A stretch of DNA of 64,000 nucleotides. Origin: an uncultured Nitrospiraceae bacterium (GTDB lineage Bacteria > Nitrospirota > Thermodesulfovibrionia > Thermodesulfovibrionales > Dissulfurispiraceae). Location of the stretch: contig CAVPIW010000010.1 in assembly GCA_963705105.1 (NCBI GenBank), positions 128,001-192,000 of the forward strand. The letters are read 5' to 3'. The notes beneath the pieces are model-generated. The model was not told where the DNA came from. It was given only the letters and a program-made list of their open reading frames with translations, and did not search any database. The position numbers and the translations under genes were made by a program. This document shows, in pieces, positions 42,345-52,044 of the stretch; positions within the stretch are counted from its first letter, which is position 1; each line of letters begins with the position of its first letter.

Positions 42345-43265
42345 CCGTCGTGACGGGCCTGGGGCAGTGCTGCCTCGACTCCCTCGTTCTCGTCGACGGC
42401 TATCCCCCTGCGGATTCGAAAAAAGAGGTGCTCGCGTGGCATGAGCAGGGCGGCGGCCCCGTCGCCACGGCACTCGTTGCGCTTTCTCGCCTCGGCGTGT
42501 CCTGTCGATTCTACGGCATCACAGGCGATGACGAGGCCGGCGAGAAGATACGGCAGTCCCTTTCTGAGGAAGGGATCGATGTCAGGGGTCTTGTCCGGCG
42601 CCGGGGGGCTCTTTCTCAGAGGGCCTTCATCGTCGTCGACCGCTCAAGCGCAAAGAGGACGATCTTCTGGAAGCGGCCGACGGGCGATCCTCTGAGACCG
42701 GAAGAGCTCGGATGAGACATTTTGAATGACAGCTCCTTCCTCCTCCTCGACGGCCTCATGGCCGATGCATCCATAGCGGCTGCGCAGTCTGCGAGAGCCC
42801 TCGGTGTGCCTGTCATGCTCGATGCAGGGAGGATGAGGGCGGGGATGACCGATGTGGCCATGCACTCCGATTATCTCGTGGCTTCGGAGGAGTTTGCCCG
42901 TGACCTGGTCTGGGACGTCACGCCGGAGCATCTGGAGAGGGAACGGGAACGACTCGGTGTCCGGGCGGTTACGGTGACGCTCGGGGACAGGGGCAGTGTC
43001 ACGGCAAGCTCGGACAGTGCCTTTCTGACGCCTGCCTTCCCGGTCGAGGCCGTCGACACGACCGGCGCCGGGGACGTGTTTCACGGCGGTATATATCTAC
43101 GGGTTGCTTCAGGGCTGGCAGCTTGCCGATACGGTGACGTTCGCCTCGGCACTGGCGGCGATGAAGTGCACAAAGATAGGGGGGAGGGCCGGCATCCCCA
43201 ACCTTGAAGAGGTCACCCGCTTCATGCAAAAGCACGGCCATCCCTCAACATCATGCCGTACGTAG
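42341..43265 (+). CDS. PfkB-family sugar kinase, with in-frame TGA at 42713 and a frameshift near 43091 (pseudogene or sequence error)
   Basis: GGGPVATA and DTTGAGDVFHG; the shifted frame continues YIYGLLQGW...FASALAAMKC..IGGRAGIP. Confidence 0.8.
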
Positions 43266-43333
43266 GGTCTGCTCCCCGAGCAGACCGCGTCATTAATGTC
43301 GGGCCGTTCGGGGAACGGCCCCTACAGGATTCC

Positions 43334-43470
43334 ACTTTTCACCACATCAGCCTCCCCGTCGTGCGTCTGTCATCCAATTCCTGTCTATTGTCTACTGTCT
43401 ACTGTTTCCTGTCTAATGTTGCGTGGCAGCTTCGCCCCGCCTTTCCGGAAAGCGTATACAGCGATAAGGA
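43334..43470. repeat. MITE-like family A, partial right arm
   Basis: CTTTTCACCACATCAGCC, CTACTGT repeats, CTTCGCCCCGCCTTTCCGG...CGATAAGG. Confidence 0.65.
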
Positions 43471-43518
43471 CTATCCTGTTGTTTCTTAACGTTCTTTGCT
43501 GCTTTGCGTGAGACGGAC

Positions 43519-44634
43519 TTAGGTGCTCCTTTCACGGGTGACAGCCCCTGCCGAGTTTTTCTTCAGGAAGCGCTTGAGCCGGAGGCGGTTGAAATACGTA
43601 ACGGGGCTCTCCGATGCCTTCACCTTCCCTTTCAGCACAGCTTCAGGTTCCAAGATCAGGTCAAGGACATGGGCTGTAGAAGTTATCTTGTTGAGAAAGT
43701 TGACGCAGCCTGCGCAGTAGGTGATCACCTTCTTGTCCTTCACCTCTCCCTTCCGTATTTGACCCCATGTCCCGGCCAGTTCCGGTGACAGGAAACCCAC
43801 GGCCCCGCCTTCTCCGCAACAAAGGGTCTTCGTCCTGGAATGCACCATCTCCTCGACCGTGAGCCCGACAGCAGTGACGAGACTCCTCACGGCATCATGG
43901 ATGCCTTCTTCAAACCGCACGGCGCAGGGATCATGAATCATTACGTTACCGCTGACACGGGGCATCTTCGGCAGCTCAAGCTCGGCCATGACTTCATACA
44001 CGGTCCTGACGGAGAGGGGAGCGCCGAAGCGGCTGAATATCTTATGGCAGTTGGGACAGGCGACGAGAACATGCTGCACACCCTGATCCAGGAGGTATCC
44101 TTTCATTTCATCAAACATGATTGTCATGTGTGACTCGCGGCCGAGATCGTGGGAGGGATTGGTGCAGCAGTCGAGGACTATGCCGATGTCTGGAATGTTG
44201 TGTTTTAATTGTTCAAACGCTTTAAGCACCGTGCCGGGCCTCGCTCCGGGCAGGGCGCAGCCGGGGAAAAAGACGGTCCTGCATCCCTGCGGAAGCATGT
44301 AATGCGTGTACCTCCGGGACGTTCCCCTGCGCTCGTATCCGAGAAACGACTCGTGCTCCCGATATGTCCCGAAGCCTCTCGACACTGCCTCCCTGCGCAT
44401 TTCGAGAAACATATCGGAAGGATTGACTTTTACGGGACAGACGGCTGCGCACAACCGGCACAGGCTGCACTCGAAGGGCATCCTGTGGTGTTTTCCCTTA
44501 CCAGGGTCATATGACCCTGCGATGTCTTTCGGCTTGCCGTATTTTCTGAGAAAGGCGCATTCCTTCTGGCAAAGGTCGCACATGATGCAGCCGCTGAAAA
44601 TGCCCTCCAGTTGCTGCCGAAGCGCGAACCTCAT
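43519..44634 (-). CDS. Fe-S oxidoreductase (4Fe-4S dicluster + CCG domains, HdrD/GlpC-like)
   Basis: CIMCDLCQKEC, CSLCRLCAAVCP, FFPGC, DCC, HDPC, CCGEGG. Confidence 0.88.
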   Translation of the reverse strand: MRFALRQQLEGIFSGCIMCDLCQKECAFLRKYGKPKDIAGSYDPGKGKHHRMPFECSLCRLCAAVCPVKVNPSDMFLEMRREAVSRGFGTYREHESFLGYERRGTSRRYTHYMLPQGCRTVFFPGCALPGARPGTVLKAFEQLKHNIPDIGIVLDCCTNPSHDLGRESHMTIMFDEMKGYLLDQGVQHVLVACPNCHKIFSRFGAPLSVRTVYEVMAELELPKMPRVSGNVMIHDPCAVRFEEGIHDAVRSLVTAVGLTVEEMVHSRTKTLCCGEGGAVGFLSPELAGTWGQIRKGEVKDKKVITYCAGCVNFLNKITSTAHVLDLILEPEAVLKGKVKASESPVTYFNRLRLKRFLKKNSAGAVTRERST

Positions 44635-44647
44635 GGTCCAGGCACCC

Positions 44648-45148
44648 TCACTCCCTGCAGAGACCTGAAAATATGCTGCGGAGTGTCGCCTCGTCAATCC
44701 TCTTCATGAGGTCCTCCTCGAATGCTTCCGACCATCGTCGCTCCTCCTCGAGAATCAGAAACTCCGAAGGCATATCGTCGGCGTCGTCTTCGGCGCACAT
44801 TTCCTCACTGCCATATCTGTCGATGACGGACTGAAAACCCTTGTTCCTCTCGATCCAGCGCAGGCATTCCTCATGGTTGCCCAGGAAGAGAAGCACAAGC
44901 ACGTTCTCCTGCCTCTGGCAGATCATCCGATAACCGTCAGCAAGGTCATATTTAAGACACTTTTTGATCCGGTGTTCGCCCCATCTCGTCATTCTGCGCG
45001 CATCGGCAATCTCACATATTTCCAGAGACTTGATCCGCTCGATAACCTTTTCCGCCTTTCTTGCCACGACTGCCGATTTGCCCCCCTTCCGCTTGAGGAC
45101 CGCCAGGCTTTTCTCGAACTTCTCATCGCGAATGATCGTCATGTTCAT
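44648..45148 (-). CDS. Hypothetical protein with possible RelE/ParE-like N-terminal fold and acidic tail
   Basis: KFEKSL...KYDLADGYRMI...LLFLGNHEE pattern. Confidence 0.5.
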   Translation of the reverse strand: MNMTIIRDEKFEKSLAVLKRKGGKSAVVARKAEKVIERIKSLEICEIADARRMTRWGEHRIKKCLKYDLADGYRMICQRQENVLVLLFLGNHEECLRWIERNKGFQSVIDRYGSEEMCAEDDADDMPSEFLILEEERRWSEAFEEDLMKRIDEATLRSIFSGLCRE

Positions 45149-45154
45149 CTCGTT

Positions 45155-45370
45155 ACCCTTATCGTCGCAAAATACTCCCCGGAAAGACGGGGCGTATGCG
45201 CCGAAAACCTTGCTGCGGCGACACCGTAACCCTCACAGAAGACAACCTTTCAGGCCAATGGTCGATCACACAAAGAGTGGAATCATGAAAGACAAACCTT
45301 ACGAGGAGTATCGTCGCCTTCAGCAAGGCTTTGAGGCGCTTCGCCCCGTCCTTCTGTGCAAGGTTACCTT
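45155..45370. repeat. MITE-like family A, copy 4
   Basis: Inverted homologue of 59627-59840. Confidence 0.8.
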
Positions 45371-45412
45371 ATTTTTGCATCCGCCCTCCCATGCAACAGG
45401 AGGAATCATTTC

Positions 45413-45922
45413 CTATTTCTTGCCGACCGGGTAGTCCGCGTCCATCCAGGCCTTGATGCCACCGGGATAGCGGTAGACATTCCTGTATCCAAGCTTCACC
45501 GCCCACATGGCGCCGTTGTGGCTGCGGGTGCACTTGGTGAAGCCGCAGTAAAAGACGATGAGTCTGTCCTTGTTCGGACCGAGGAGCTTCTCGAGTTCCG
45601 CCTTCTTCTTGTCATCGAGACTCGTCATCTCCGGGATGGGGAATTCCATCTGCACCGCGCCGGGGACATGATTCTTTTTATAACTGTCCTCGTAAGGCAT
45701 CGTGTCGACGATGAGCATGTCCTTCTTCTGGTCGATCCAGCCCTTCAATTCCTCCGTTGTGACGATCTTGTAGCCGCCCCTCGCAACCTCGCGAGCGAAG
45801 GTCACGGCGATCTTCTCCGTCTCCAGTTCCTTGGCGCCCCACGCGGCGATCCCGACACCGGACAGGCCGAACACAACGGCGACAACGACGGCAACGGCGA
45901 TACACAGACCTCTCGTGAACAT
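45413..45922 (-). CDS. Exported single-domain rhodanese (sulfurtransferase)
   Basis: Signal peptide; HVPGA, VFYCGFTKCTRS, YPGGIKAW. Confidence 0.88.
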   Translation of the reverse strand: MFTRGLCIAVAVVVAVVFGLSGVGIAAWGAKELETEKIAVTFAREVARGGYKIVTTEELKGWIDQKKDMLIVDTMPYEDSYKKNHVPGAVQMEFPIPEMTSLDDKKKAELEKLLGPNKDRLIVFYCGFTKCTRSHNGAMWAVKLGYRNVYRYPGGIKAWMDADYPVGKK

Positions 45923-45932
45923 ACAAACCTCC

Positions 45933-46469
45933 TCATATCATCGATTTTATGTGGTTCCACACACCGTGGACGTGCTGCCTCGCCGGTGAAATCCACCGGA
46001 CTATGTACAGATACAGGGCGCCTCCGAGCATGGCGATATCGCGGTAGAAAGCGTTCCACAGACCCGCCTGTCCGCTGATTTCCTCCTCGGAAAAGCAGCC
46101 GCAGTCGATGTCGAGCCCGCTCAGGATGCCGTACCAAAGGACAACGATGAAGAGAACAAGGAGCAGCGTGACAAGGGTAAGACCGCCTGTGACGTTGAAT
46201 ACGAGACCCGCTCCCCCGACCACCTCGAGCACGGGAAGACCGACGGCTATGAAGGGAAGCCAGCTCTCCGGCGCAAGGTCGTAGGAAGCGATCGTCCGGG
46301 CAAAGGCCTTGGGATCCGTGAGTTTGATCACACCCGCATAGATGAAGACGGCGCCTATGACACAGCGCACTGCGAGTGAAAGCCTGCGGTCCGTCAGAAA
46401 TGCGCCGATCCTACGGATGGCCGACCCTGTCGCTGCAGGACTGGTATGAGAGGGATCCCGAATGCTCAT
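45933..46469 (-). CDS. MauE/DoxX family redox membrane protein
   Basis: FIYAGVIKLTDP and GLDIDCGCF. Confidence 0.85.
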   Translation of the reverse strand: MSIRDPSHTSPAATGSAIRRIGAFLTDRRLSLAVRCVIGAVFIYAGVIKLTDPKAFARTIASYDLAPESWLPFIAVGLPVLEVVGGAGLVFNVTGGLTLVTLLLVLFIVVLWYGILSGLDIDCGCFSEEEISGQAGLWNAFYRDIAMLGGALYLYIVRWISPARQHVHGVWNHIKSMI

Positions 46470-46481
46470 TGCACAGCCCCT

Positions 46482-47231
46482 TTACGCGCCGTTCATGGCG
46501 ATACGGGCCGCCCCGAGGGCGGCGAGCATGTCGGGATGACCGGGAACATGCACCCTTGTCCGGAGACGCTCCTCGAACACATGGCGCAGGCAGAGATTCC
46601 GGGCGCAGCCGCCTGCAAAGACCACGTCATCCTTCACACCGACCCTCTGGAGAAGACCGACGACCCTGATCGCGACGGAGCGATGGAGCGCTGCGGCGAT
46701 CGACCCCCTTTCCATCCCCTTTGTGATCAGTCCGATCACCTCCGACTCGGCGAAAACGGTGCACATGCTGTTGATCTTGATGCCGTCATCGCCGGAACCG
46801 CACTGGCTCCCGAATTCGTCCATATCGAAACTTAGGGCCTTCGCCATGATCTCGAGGAACCTGCCGGTGCCGGCCGCGCACCGGTCGTTCATCTCAAAGT
46901 CCGTCACCTGGCCCTCTTCGTTCAGGACGACGACTTTCGTATCCTGTCCGCCGATATCGATGATGGTGCGGCATGTGGGCAGCACCTCGCGTACACCCCT
47001 TGCCACCGCCTTGATCTCCGTGACGGTCCTGACCTCGCCGTGCACCTCAAGGAGGTACCTGCCGTACCCTGTGGCGACAAGCCTGTCCGGCTTTTTCGAT
47101 TCCATGAGCTCCCTGCAGACGGCAAGGGGGTTGTGGCCCGTCTCCCTTCGCTCATAGAGAATGGGACTCCCGCCGTCCAAAAGGGTATATTTGATGTAGC
47201 GGGAGCCGATGTCGATGCCCCCGCAAATCAC
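46482..47231 (-). CDS. ASKHA ATPase [4Fe-4S] activator (HgdC / DCCP-reductase type)
   Basis: GIDIGS, ATGYGR, IDIGGQDTK, MNDRCAAGTG, CTVFAESE. Confidence 0.92.
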   Translation of the reverse strand: MICGGIDIGSRYIKYTLLDGGSPILYERRETGHNPLAVCRELMESKKPDRLVATGYGRYLLEVHGEVRTVTEIKAVARGVREVLPTCRTIIDIGGQDTKVVVLNEEGQVTDFEMNDRCAAGTGRFLEIMAKALSFDMDEFGSQCGSGDDGIKINSMCTVFAESEVIGLITKGMERGSIAAALHRSVAIRVVGLLQRVGVKDDVVFAGGCARNLCLRHVFEERLRTRVHVPGHPDMLAALGAARIAMNGA

Positions 47232-48520
47232 GCGTGGACGCCCTTGCCGATCATCTCCAGAAATGCCTCGATCCTCGTCTTGAGCTGGCCGAAATCCTCC
47301 ATGCTGTAGTCCGTCTCGATCCTCAGGAAGGGCAGGTTGATCGCCTCGACGGCGTTTTTCGCGCGGAACGCCTCCACCATGTAAGGCGTGCAGAACTGAA
47401 GAGCGTAGTGGATGACGCCGTCAGCGCCTAGCCGCTTCGCCATTTCGACGATGTTTTCCATACGTTCCGTATTCGGCGTGAAACAGGCGCAGTCGATGGA
47501 GACATACCGGGAGGCGATGTTGTCCAGTCCCTCATCAACGGTCCGGAAGGCCTCGTCGAGGAGGCTTCTGAAATTCCGCTCGCCGACGCAGGACTCCTCG
47601 CCGACGACGACGGCGCCGCTGCCTTCGATGATGGCGTGGACCTTCCAGTTGGGGATCGCCATGGGAGAGCCCGACAGAAGCACCCGCGTCGTTCCCTTCG
47701 GCGCGACGCCCCTTCCTGCGGTGATTCTCAGGTCCAGTTCGTCGCAGAGCTCATTCACCTTGGCCGTAAACCGCAAAGGATCGTCGTAAAAGGAGACCTG
47801 GTTGATGAGCAGTGCGTCGAGCCCGGAAATCGGGGCGGGATCGGCCTTCCTCAATGCGGCAAGCCTCTGGAGGGCCTTTCTCTTTGCGTTGACGATGGCG
47901 GCGGCCTTCGCCAGGTTGTCGAGGGTGATCCGCCTGCCCGTCACCTCCTCGAGTTTTTTCGCGAAACGCTTCACCTCTTTTGCCCAGAGGCGCCTGCTCT
48001 CCTCACCCTTCATGTTCGGCAATTCCATCACGTAGACCTTCTTCGTGATCTCGTCGAAGATCTCATAGGCCTTTTTCTTTCCGTCGCACGTCGTCTCGCC
48101 GACGATGAGGTCCGTCAGCTCGACGTAGGGGCAGAGACCGGCGAGCTTGAAGCCCATGAAGGCCTTGATGAGGGCGCAGGTGTTGCGGGGGATGTACTGC
48201 TCCGCCTCGGACGTGCCGACGTCGGCGCCGGCGCAAAGGCCGATGCAGACGCCGTCGACGGCGAGGACAAGCTCCTCCGGCACGTAGACGCAAAAGGTGC
48301 CGATCACCTTCTTCCCCTGGTCCTTGGCGTTGACGATCTCCTCGATCCTGAGGCCATGGACCTCCGATATGACGAAATCGAAGTACCCCATGCCTTCGGG
48401 CCTGTTTTTCTGGGAGAGATAGATGTTTTTGTACGCGTCGGACAGGACGGCCAGCAGGCCGTTATGGGCCTCGAGATTGAGGCCGATGGAGCTCCACATG
48501 TTTGTATAATCCTTTGACAT
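47228..48520 (-). CDS. Double-cubane-cluster reductase (2-hydroxyacyl-CoA dehydratase family)
   Basis: GTFCVYVPEE, GLCAG, NTCALIK, CPY, ETTCDGKKK, ESCVG, CACF, QFCTPY, IETDYS; the number of Cys fits the double-cubane subgroup. Confidence 0.85.
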   Translation of the reverse strand: MSKDYTNMWSSIGLNLEAHNGLLAVLSDAYKNIYLSQKNRPEGMGYFDFVISEVHGLRIEEIVNAKDQGKKVIGTFCVYVPEELVLAVDGVCIGLCAGADVGTSEAEQYIPRNTCALIKAFMGFKLAGLCPYVELTDLIVGETTCDGKKKAYEIFDEITKKVYVMELPNMKGEESRRLWAKEVKRFAKKLEEVTGRRITLDNLAKAAAIVNAKRKALQRLAALRKADPAPISGLDALLINQVSFYDDPLRFTAKVNELCDELDLRITAGRGVAPKGTTRVLLSGSPMAIPNWKVHAIIEGSGAVVVGEESCVGERNFRSLLDEAFRTVDEGLDNIASRYVSIDCACFTPNTERMENIVEMAKRLGADGVIHYALQFCTPYMVEAFRAKNAVEAINLPFLRIETDYSMEDFGQLKTRIEAFLEMIGKGVHA

Positions 48521-48595
48521 GATGCGCCTCCTTTATGATGCTTTTTGTATTGCCAGGGCTGCTCCGCAGCCTTTTTGCACGTCCTTCTGCGTATC

Positions 48596-48691
48596 TGGAG
48601 GGGGGTAGTGGGAATCGAACCCACCACAGCGTCTTTGACTACCGTGTTACTGGTTTTGCAGACCAGGCGGGGCGCCAGCCCCTTACCCCCC
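48596..48691 (-). tRNA. Atypical tRNA-Cys(GCA) on a tRNA-Sec-like scaffold (selC*-like)
   Basis: GGGGGGTA/TACCCCCC 8-bp acceptor, U73 + CCA, GGGGC-TGGC-GCCCC D arm, CTGGT-CTGCAAA-ACCAG anticodon arm, long variable arm, GTGGG-TTCGATT-CCCAC T arm. Confidence 0.85.
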
Positions 48692-48887
48692 GTGCGCAGC
48701 CTCCCGGCCGCGATTCAGCAGCCCTTCAGAGCGCCATCTTCGGCGCCCTTTTCATGGGCCGACTGCACGGGGAGTGGATATCTGTGTCCAAACCTGCCTG
48801 CATGAGAATTCCATTGTTCACATCAATACCGTTTTTTGTCATGCCTGACCTATTCGTTCGGGGAAAACACAAAGAAGACCCGCGTGA

Positions 48888-49646
48888 TCAGCGCTCCACC
48901 GGCATCCCCGCATCCTTCCAATCCGCGAAGAGTGACTGGTATATGTTCTTGTAATCCATCTTTATGAGCTTCCTGTATGCAAGATAGCTCCTGCTCCCTG
49001 TGTTGCAATAGACAATAATCTTTTTTTCCTTCGGCAGGATGTCCTGGCTGGTCGCAAAGGTCTCGGCGGGGATGTTTAAAGCCGTCGGGATGTGGCCCTC
49101 CTTATACTCTGCCGCGTCTCTCACGTCGACGAGGACGTACCCGTCCTTATTCCCCTCCATGAGAGCTTTGAGTGCGGTGGGGGAGAGCTTTGTCGTTTCA
49201 ATCTTTTTGTCATAGTCCGGACCGGCAACAATCGGGAGGTTCATCTCCTCCCAAACGGGGAAGCCCTCACTGTAGATGCGAATATTTTTGTACCCGAGAG
49301 CTGCGGCCTTCACGGCGGTACGTTTGCTCTTCCCGCACTTGACACCGTTGCAGTAAAAAACGAGCGGATTCTCCTTGTTCTCAGGAAGCAGGGAACGCTG
49401 CTCGTCAAACTTCTTCTCCGGGATGTTGATCGACCCGACGATGTGGGCCTCGCTAAATTCCTCTTCAGTGCGGGCGTCGACAAGCGCGAAAGGTGTCTTC
49501 TGTTCCATCATTGCCTTGAGTTCAGATGTGGTGATGAGGGGATAGTCCGCCGCCGCCGGACGCCGGTCCGATGTGACCACAACAGCGAAGACGATAAGGA
49601 AAATAATGAATGCACGTCCCAATTGAGCAACACTACGTTGTATCAC
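48888..49646 (-). CDS. Exported tandem-domain rhodanese
   Basis: Signal peptide; FYCNGVKCGKS and VYCNTGSRS; GGAGG RBS. Confidence 0.88.
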   Translation of the reverse strand: MIQRSVAQLGRAFIIFLIVFAVVVTSDRRPAAADYPLITTSELKAMMEQKTPFALVDARTEEEFSEAHIVGSINIPEKKFDEQRSLLPENKENPLVFYCNGVKCGKSKRTAVKAAALGYKNIRIYSEGFPVWEEMNLPIVAGPDYDKKIETTKLSPTALKALMEGNKDGYVLVDVRDAAEYKEGHIPTALNIPAETFATSQDILPKEKKIIVYCNTGSRSYLAYRKLIKMDYKNIYQSLFADWKDAGMPVER

Positions 49647-49732
49647 ACGACCTCCAAATAGATGTTTTTGCAGAAATTGGGAAATTTTATAATAGTCTTT
49701 TTCTATAACTCCAATACATTATTCCGATGTGT

Positions 49733-49747
49733 TATGCATTATGCATA
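49733..49747. promoter_or_regulatory. Palindromic operator (LysR-type T-N11-A compatible) upstream of the rhodanese operon
   Basis: TATGCAT-T-ATGCATA in an AT-rich leader. Confidence 0.4.
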
Positions 49748-49781
49748 GAAAATCACGATTGAAGACAAATATGTGTCCACA

Positions 49782-50100
49782 CCCCTGTCAAAAATATTGT
49801 GCAGCCGGACTTTGAAAAACGAGGATAGGGTGCGGTTTCTGAGGCATAATTCACGGTTGCCTTGCTCGAAAAGACGGTGCAAAACGCCTGAAAAACAGCC
49901 TCGGTGACAGCGTCAGTAAAAGGTTCATCGTTTATTCTCACGTCTGACTGCGATGGTCTGTACGGGAAGGCAGAGGTTTCGCAGCACCGATGCTTTTCAG
50001 CGCATTCGCCCCGTCTTTCCTGAGATCTCATTGCGGTGATAAGGGTTTATTTTGCAAAGAAAGCATGCCCTATCCTCGTATCGCATTATTTTAGGCATCA
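49782..50100. repeat. MITE-like family B, copy 2
   Basis: CCCCTGTCAAAAATA... and ...AGAAAGCATGCCCTATCCTCG...TTATTTT arms match 29397-29639. Confidence 0.7.
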
Positions 50101-50342
50101 TGAAGTGTCCAAAAAACTTTCTTCGTTGCAGACGCACCCAAGAAAGTCTTTTCCCGCTTTTTATACAACGACGGGTCAACCTGAATGATATTGTGGCATC
50201 CCTGTTGCTATAATGATTATTGTGTAAGGCATGAAACGGCGTGTTTTCAGGTGAATGACGGGACGGATCTCCTGAAATGCGGAAACGTCTCCCCGTGAGA
50301 GGACCGTACTGACGACCTGATTGTCACAGCGAGGAGGGGAAA

Positions 50343-50930
50343 ATGGACACGTTGCTCGGTTTGTTCATCGGCATCGGGCTGAGCGCAGCCTGCGGATTCA
50401 GGGTCTTTGTGCCGTTGCTCATTACAAGCGTCGCGGCCCAGAGCGGTCACCTGACCCTGTCGTCGGGATTTGACTGGATCGGCACCGGGCCCGCCGTCAT
50501 TGCCTTCGCAACGGCGACGGTCCTCGAGATCGCCGCCTACTACACCCCCTGGCTCGACAACCTCCTGGACAGCATCATGACACCGGCTGCAGCCATTGCG
50601 GGGACGATCCTCACGGCCTCTCTTGTCGGGGACCTTTCCCCCTTCCTGAAATGGTCACTGGCGATCATCGCCGGCGGCGGGACGGCCGCAGCCGTTCAGG
50701 CCGGGACTGTGATGACGAGAAGCGCCTCCCTCATGACGACGGGCGGCCTCGGAAACGGGCTTGTCGCGACGGCTGAGCTGTTCGGGTCCGCTGTTATCTC
50801 TTTCCTCGCCCTCTTTCTCCCCGTCGTCGTCATCATCATGGTCGTCCTGGCGCTCTCCTTCCTCGTGAGAAGGGCGGCAGGAAGGGAAAAAGCTCCCGCA
50901 CAGCTCGGGCAGACCCGCATGCTGCCCTGA
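50343..50930 (+). CDS. DUF4126-like membrane protein
   Basis: GLSAACGFRVFVP, EIAAYY.PWLDNLLD, TTGGLGN. Confidence 0.85.
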   Translation: MDTLLGLFIGIGLSAACGFRVFVPLLITSVAAQSGHLTLSSGFDWIGTGPAVIAFATATVLEIAAYYTPWLDNLLDSIMTPAAAIAGTILTASLVGDLSPFLKWSLAIIAGGGTAAAVQAGTVMTRSASLMTTGGLGNGLVATAELFGSAVISFLALFLPVVVIIMVVLALSFLVRRAAGREKAPAQLGQTRMLP

Positions 50931-50948
50931 GACTTCAAAAATGTCATA

Positions 50949-51959
50949 ATGACAGCGGACGAAAAAACTGATTTCATGAAAGACAAACTGCGCGACATCG
51001 GCGCCACGAGGCTGAAGCATGTCGAGGGCGGAAATTTCGTCTGGATCAACATCGATAGTCCGGCTCCGGAGGTCGTCCGCAAACTGCCGGACATCTATCC
51101 TTTCCACCAGCTCGACATCGAAGACTGCCTGTCGAGGACTCAGCTTCCGAAAATCGATGAGTACCCGGACTATCTCTTCATCATCGTGCACTTCCCCCGC
51201 TATCTGAAAGAGAGGCGCTACTCGGTGGCGTCGCAGGTCTCGATCTTTCTCGGCAGGGACTTTCTCGTCACCATTCATACGGGCGAACTCAAGCCCATCA
51301 ACAGGCTCTTCGAGAGATGCAGGCAGGACGGGCCATCCGCCTCGGAGCTCCTGTCCCGGTCGTCGACCTTCCTGCTCTACAAGCTGCTCCAGGCCCTTGC
51401 AGGGAATCTCTTCCAGATGTCGGGCAAGATACTCTCCAACATCGAGACCATTGAGTCGAAGGTCTTTGACGAGAAGGTCGAGGCGACAAGAGAGGTCACG
51501 GAGCTCCGCCATGACATCGCGAACCTGAGGAAGACGGTCTTTCCCCTTAAGCGGGTGATTCACGATCTGGAGAAAAAGACGGAACGCTTTGCCGCCGAGG
51601 CCGGTCATCCGGGCATCGAGGTTGTGGATTACTTCGAAGCCCTCGCCGACTCCATTGACGCCGTCTGGTCCACCATCCAGGAGTGCAAGGAAATCATCGA
51701 GATCTACAAGGACACGGACTACATCATCAGCTCCGACAGGACCAACAAGATCCTGGCCCTGCTGACGATCGTCTTCACCTTCTCCATCCCCGCCACCGTC
51801 ATCGGCACCCTCTACGGGATGAACGTGAAACTTCCCGGCGGCTCCGAAAATGCCCTGACGTTCTTCGGCCCTTATACGACCTTCATCCTGATCGTCTCCG
51901 TCTCAGTCACCTCCGTTGTCACCATGTACCTTATTTTCAAAAAAATCAGGTGGCTCTGA
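50949..51959 (+). CDS. corA: CorA-family Mg2+ transporter
   Basis: DIEDCL..QLPKID and YGMNV between two C-terminal TM helices. Confidence 0.9.
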   Translation: MTADEKTDFMKDKLRDIGATRLKHVEGGNFVWINIDSPAPEVVRKLPDIYPFHQLDIEDCLSRTQLPKIDEYPDYLFIIVHFPRYLKERRYSVASQVSIFLGRDFLVTIHTGELKPINRLFERCRQDGPSASELLSRSSTFLLYKLLQALAGNLFQMSGKILSNIETIESKVFDEKVEATREVTELRHDIANLRKTVFPLKRVIHDLEKKTERFAAEAGHPGIEVVDYFEALADSIDAVWSTIQECKEIIEIYKDTDYIISSDRTNKILALLTIVFTFSIPATVIGTLYGMNVKLPGGSENALTFFGPYTTFILIVSVSVTSVVTMYLIFKKIRWL

Positions 51960-52044
51960 TAATCCGAAGGAAGAGGGCGGCTGCACGGCCAGGTGGCGCA
52001 CATCGCAATCGCGCAGAGAGGGTCCCCGTCATTCGGGCTTCGGG

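Noticed and set aside
42713..42715. In-frame TGA in the PfkB gene as a possible Sec/Cys recoding site
   Set aside because: Non-catalytic position, PfkB is not a known selenoprotein, the same gene also has a frameshift, and the nearby atypical tRNA has a GCA anticodon rather than UCA.
48596..48691. Ordinary selC (tRNA-Sec)
   Set aside because: Both the anticodon (GCA) and the discriminator (U) are Cys-type; two concordant changes are unlikely to be errors.
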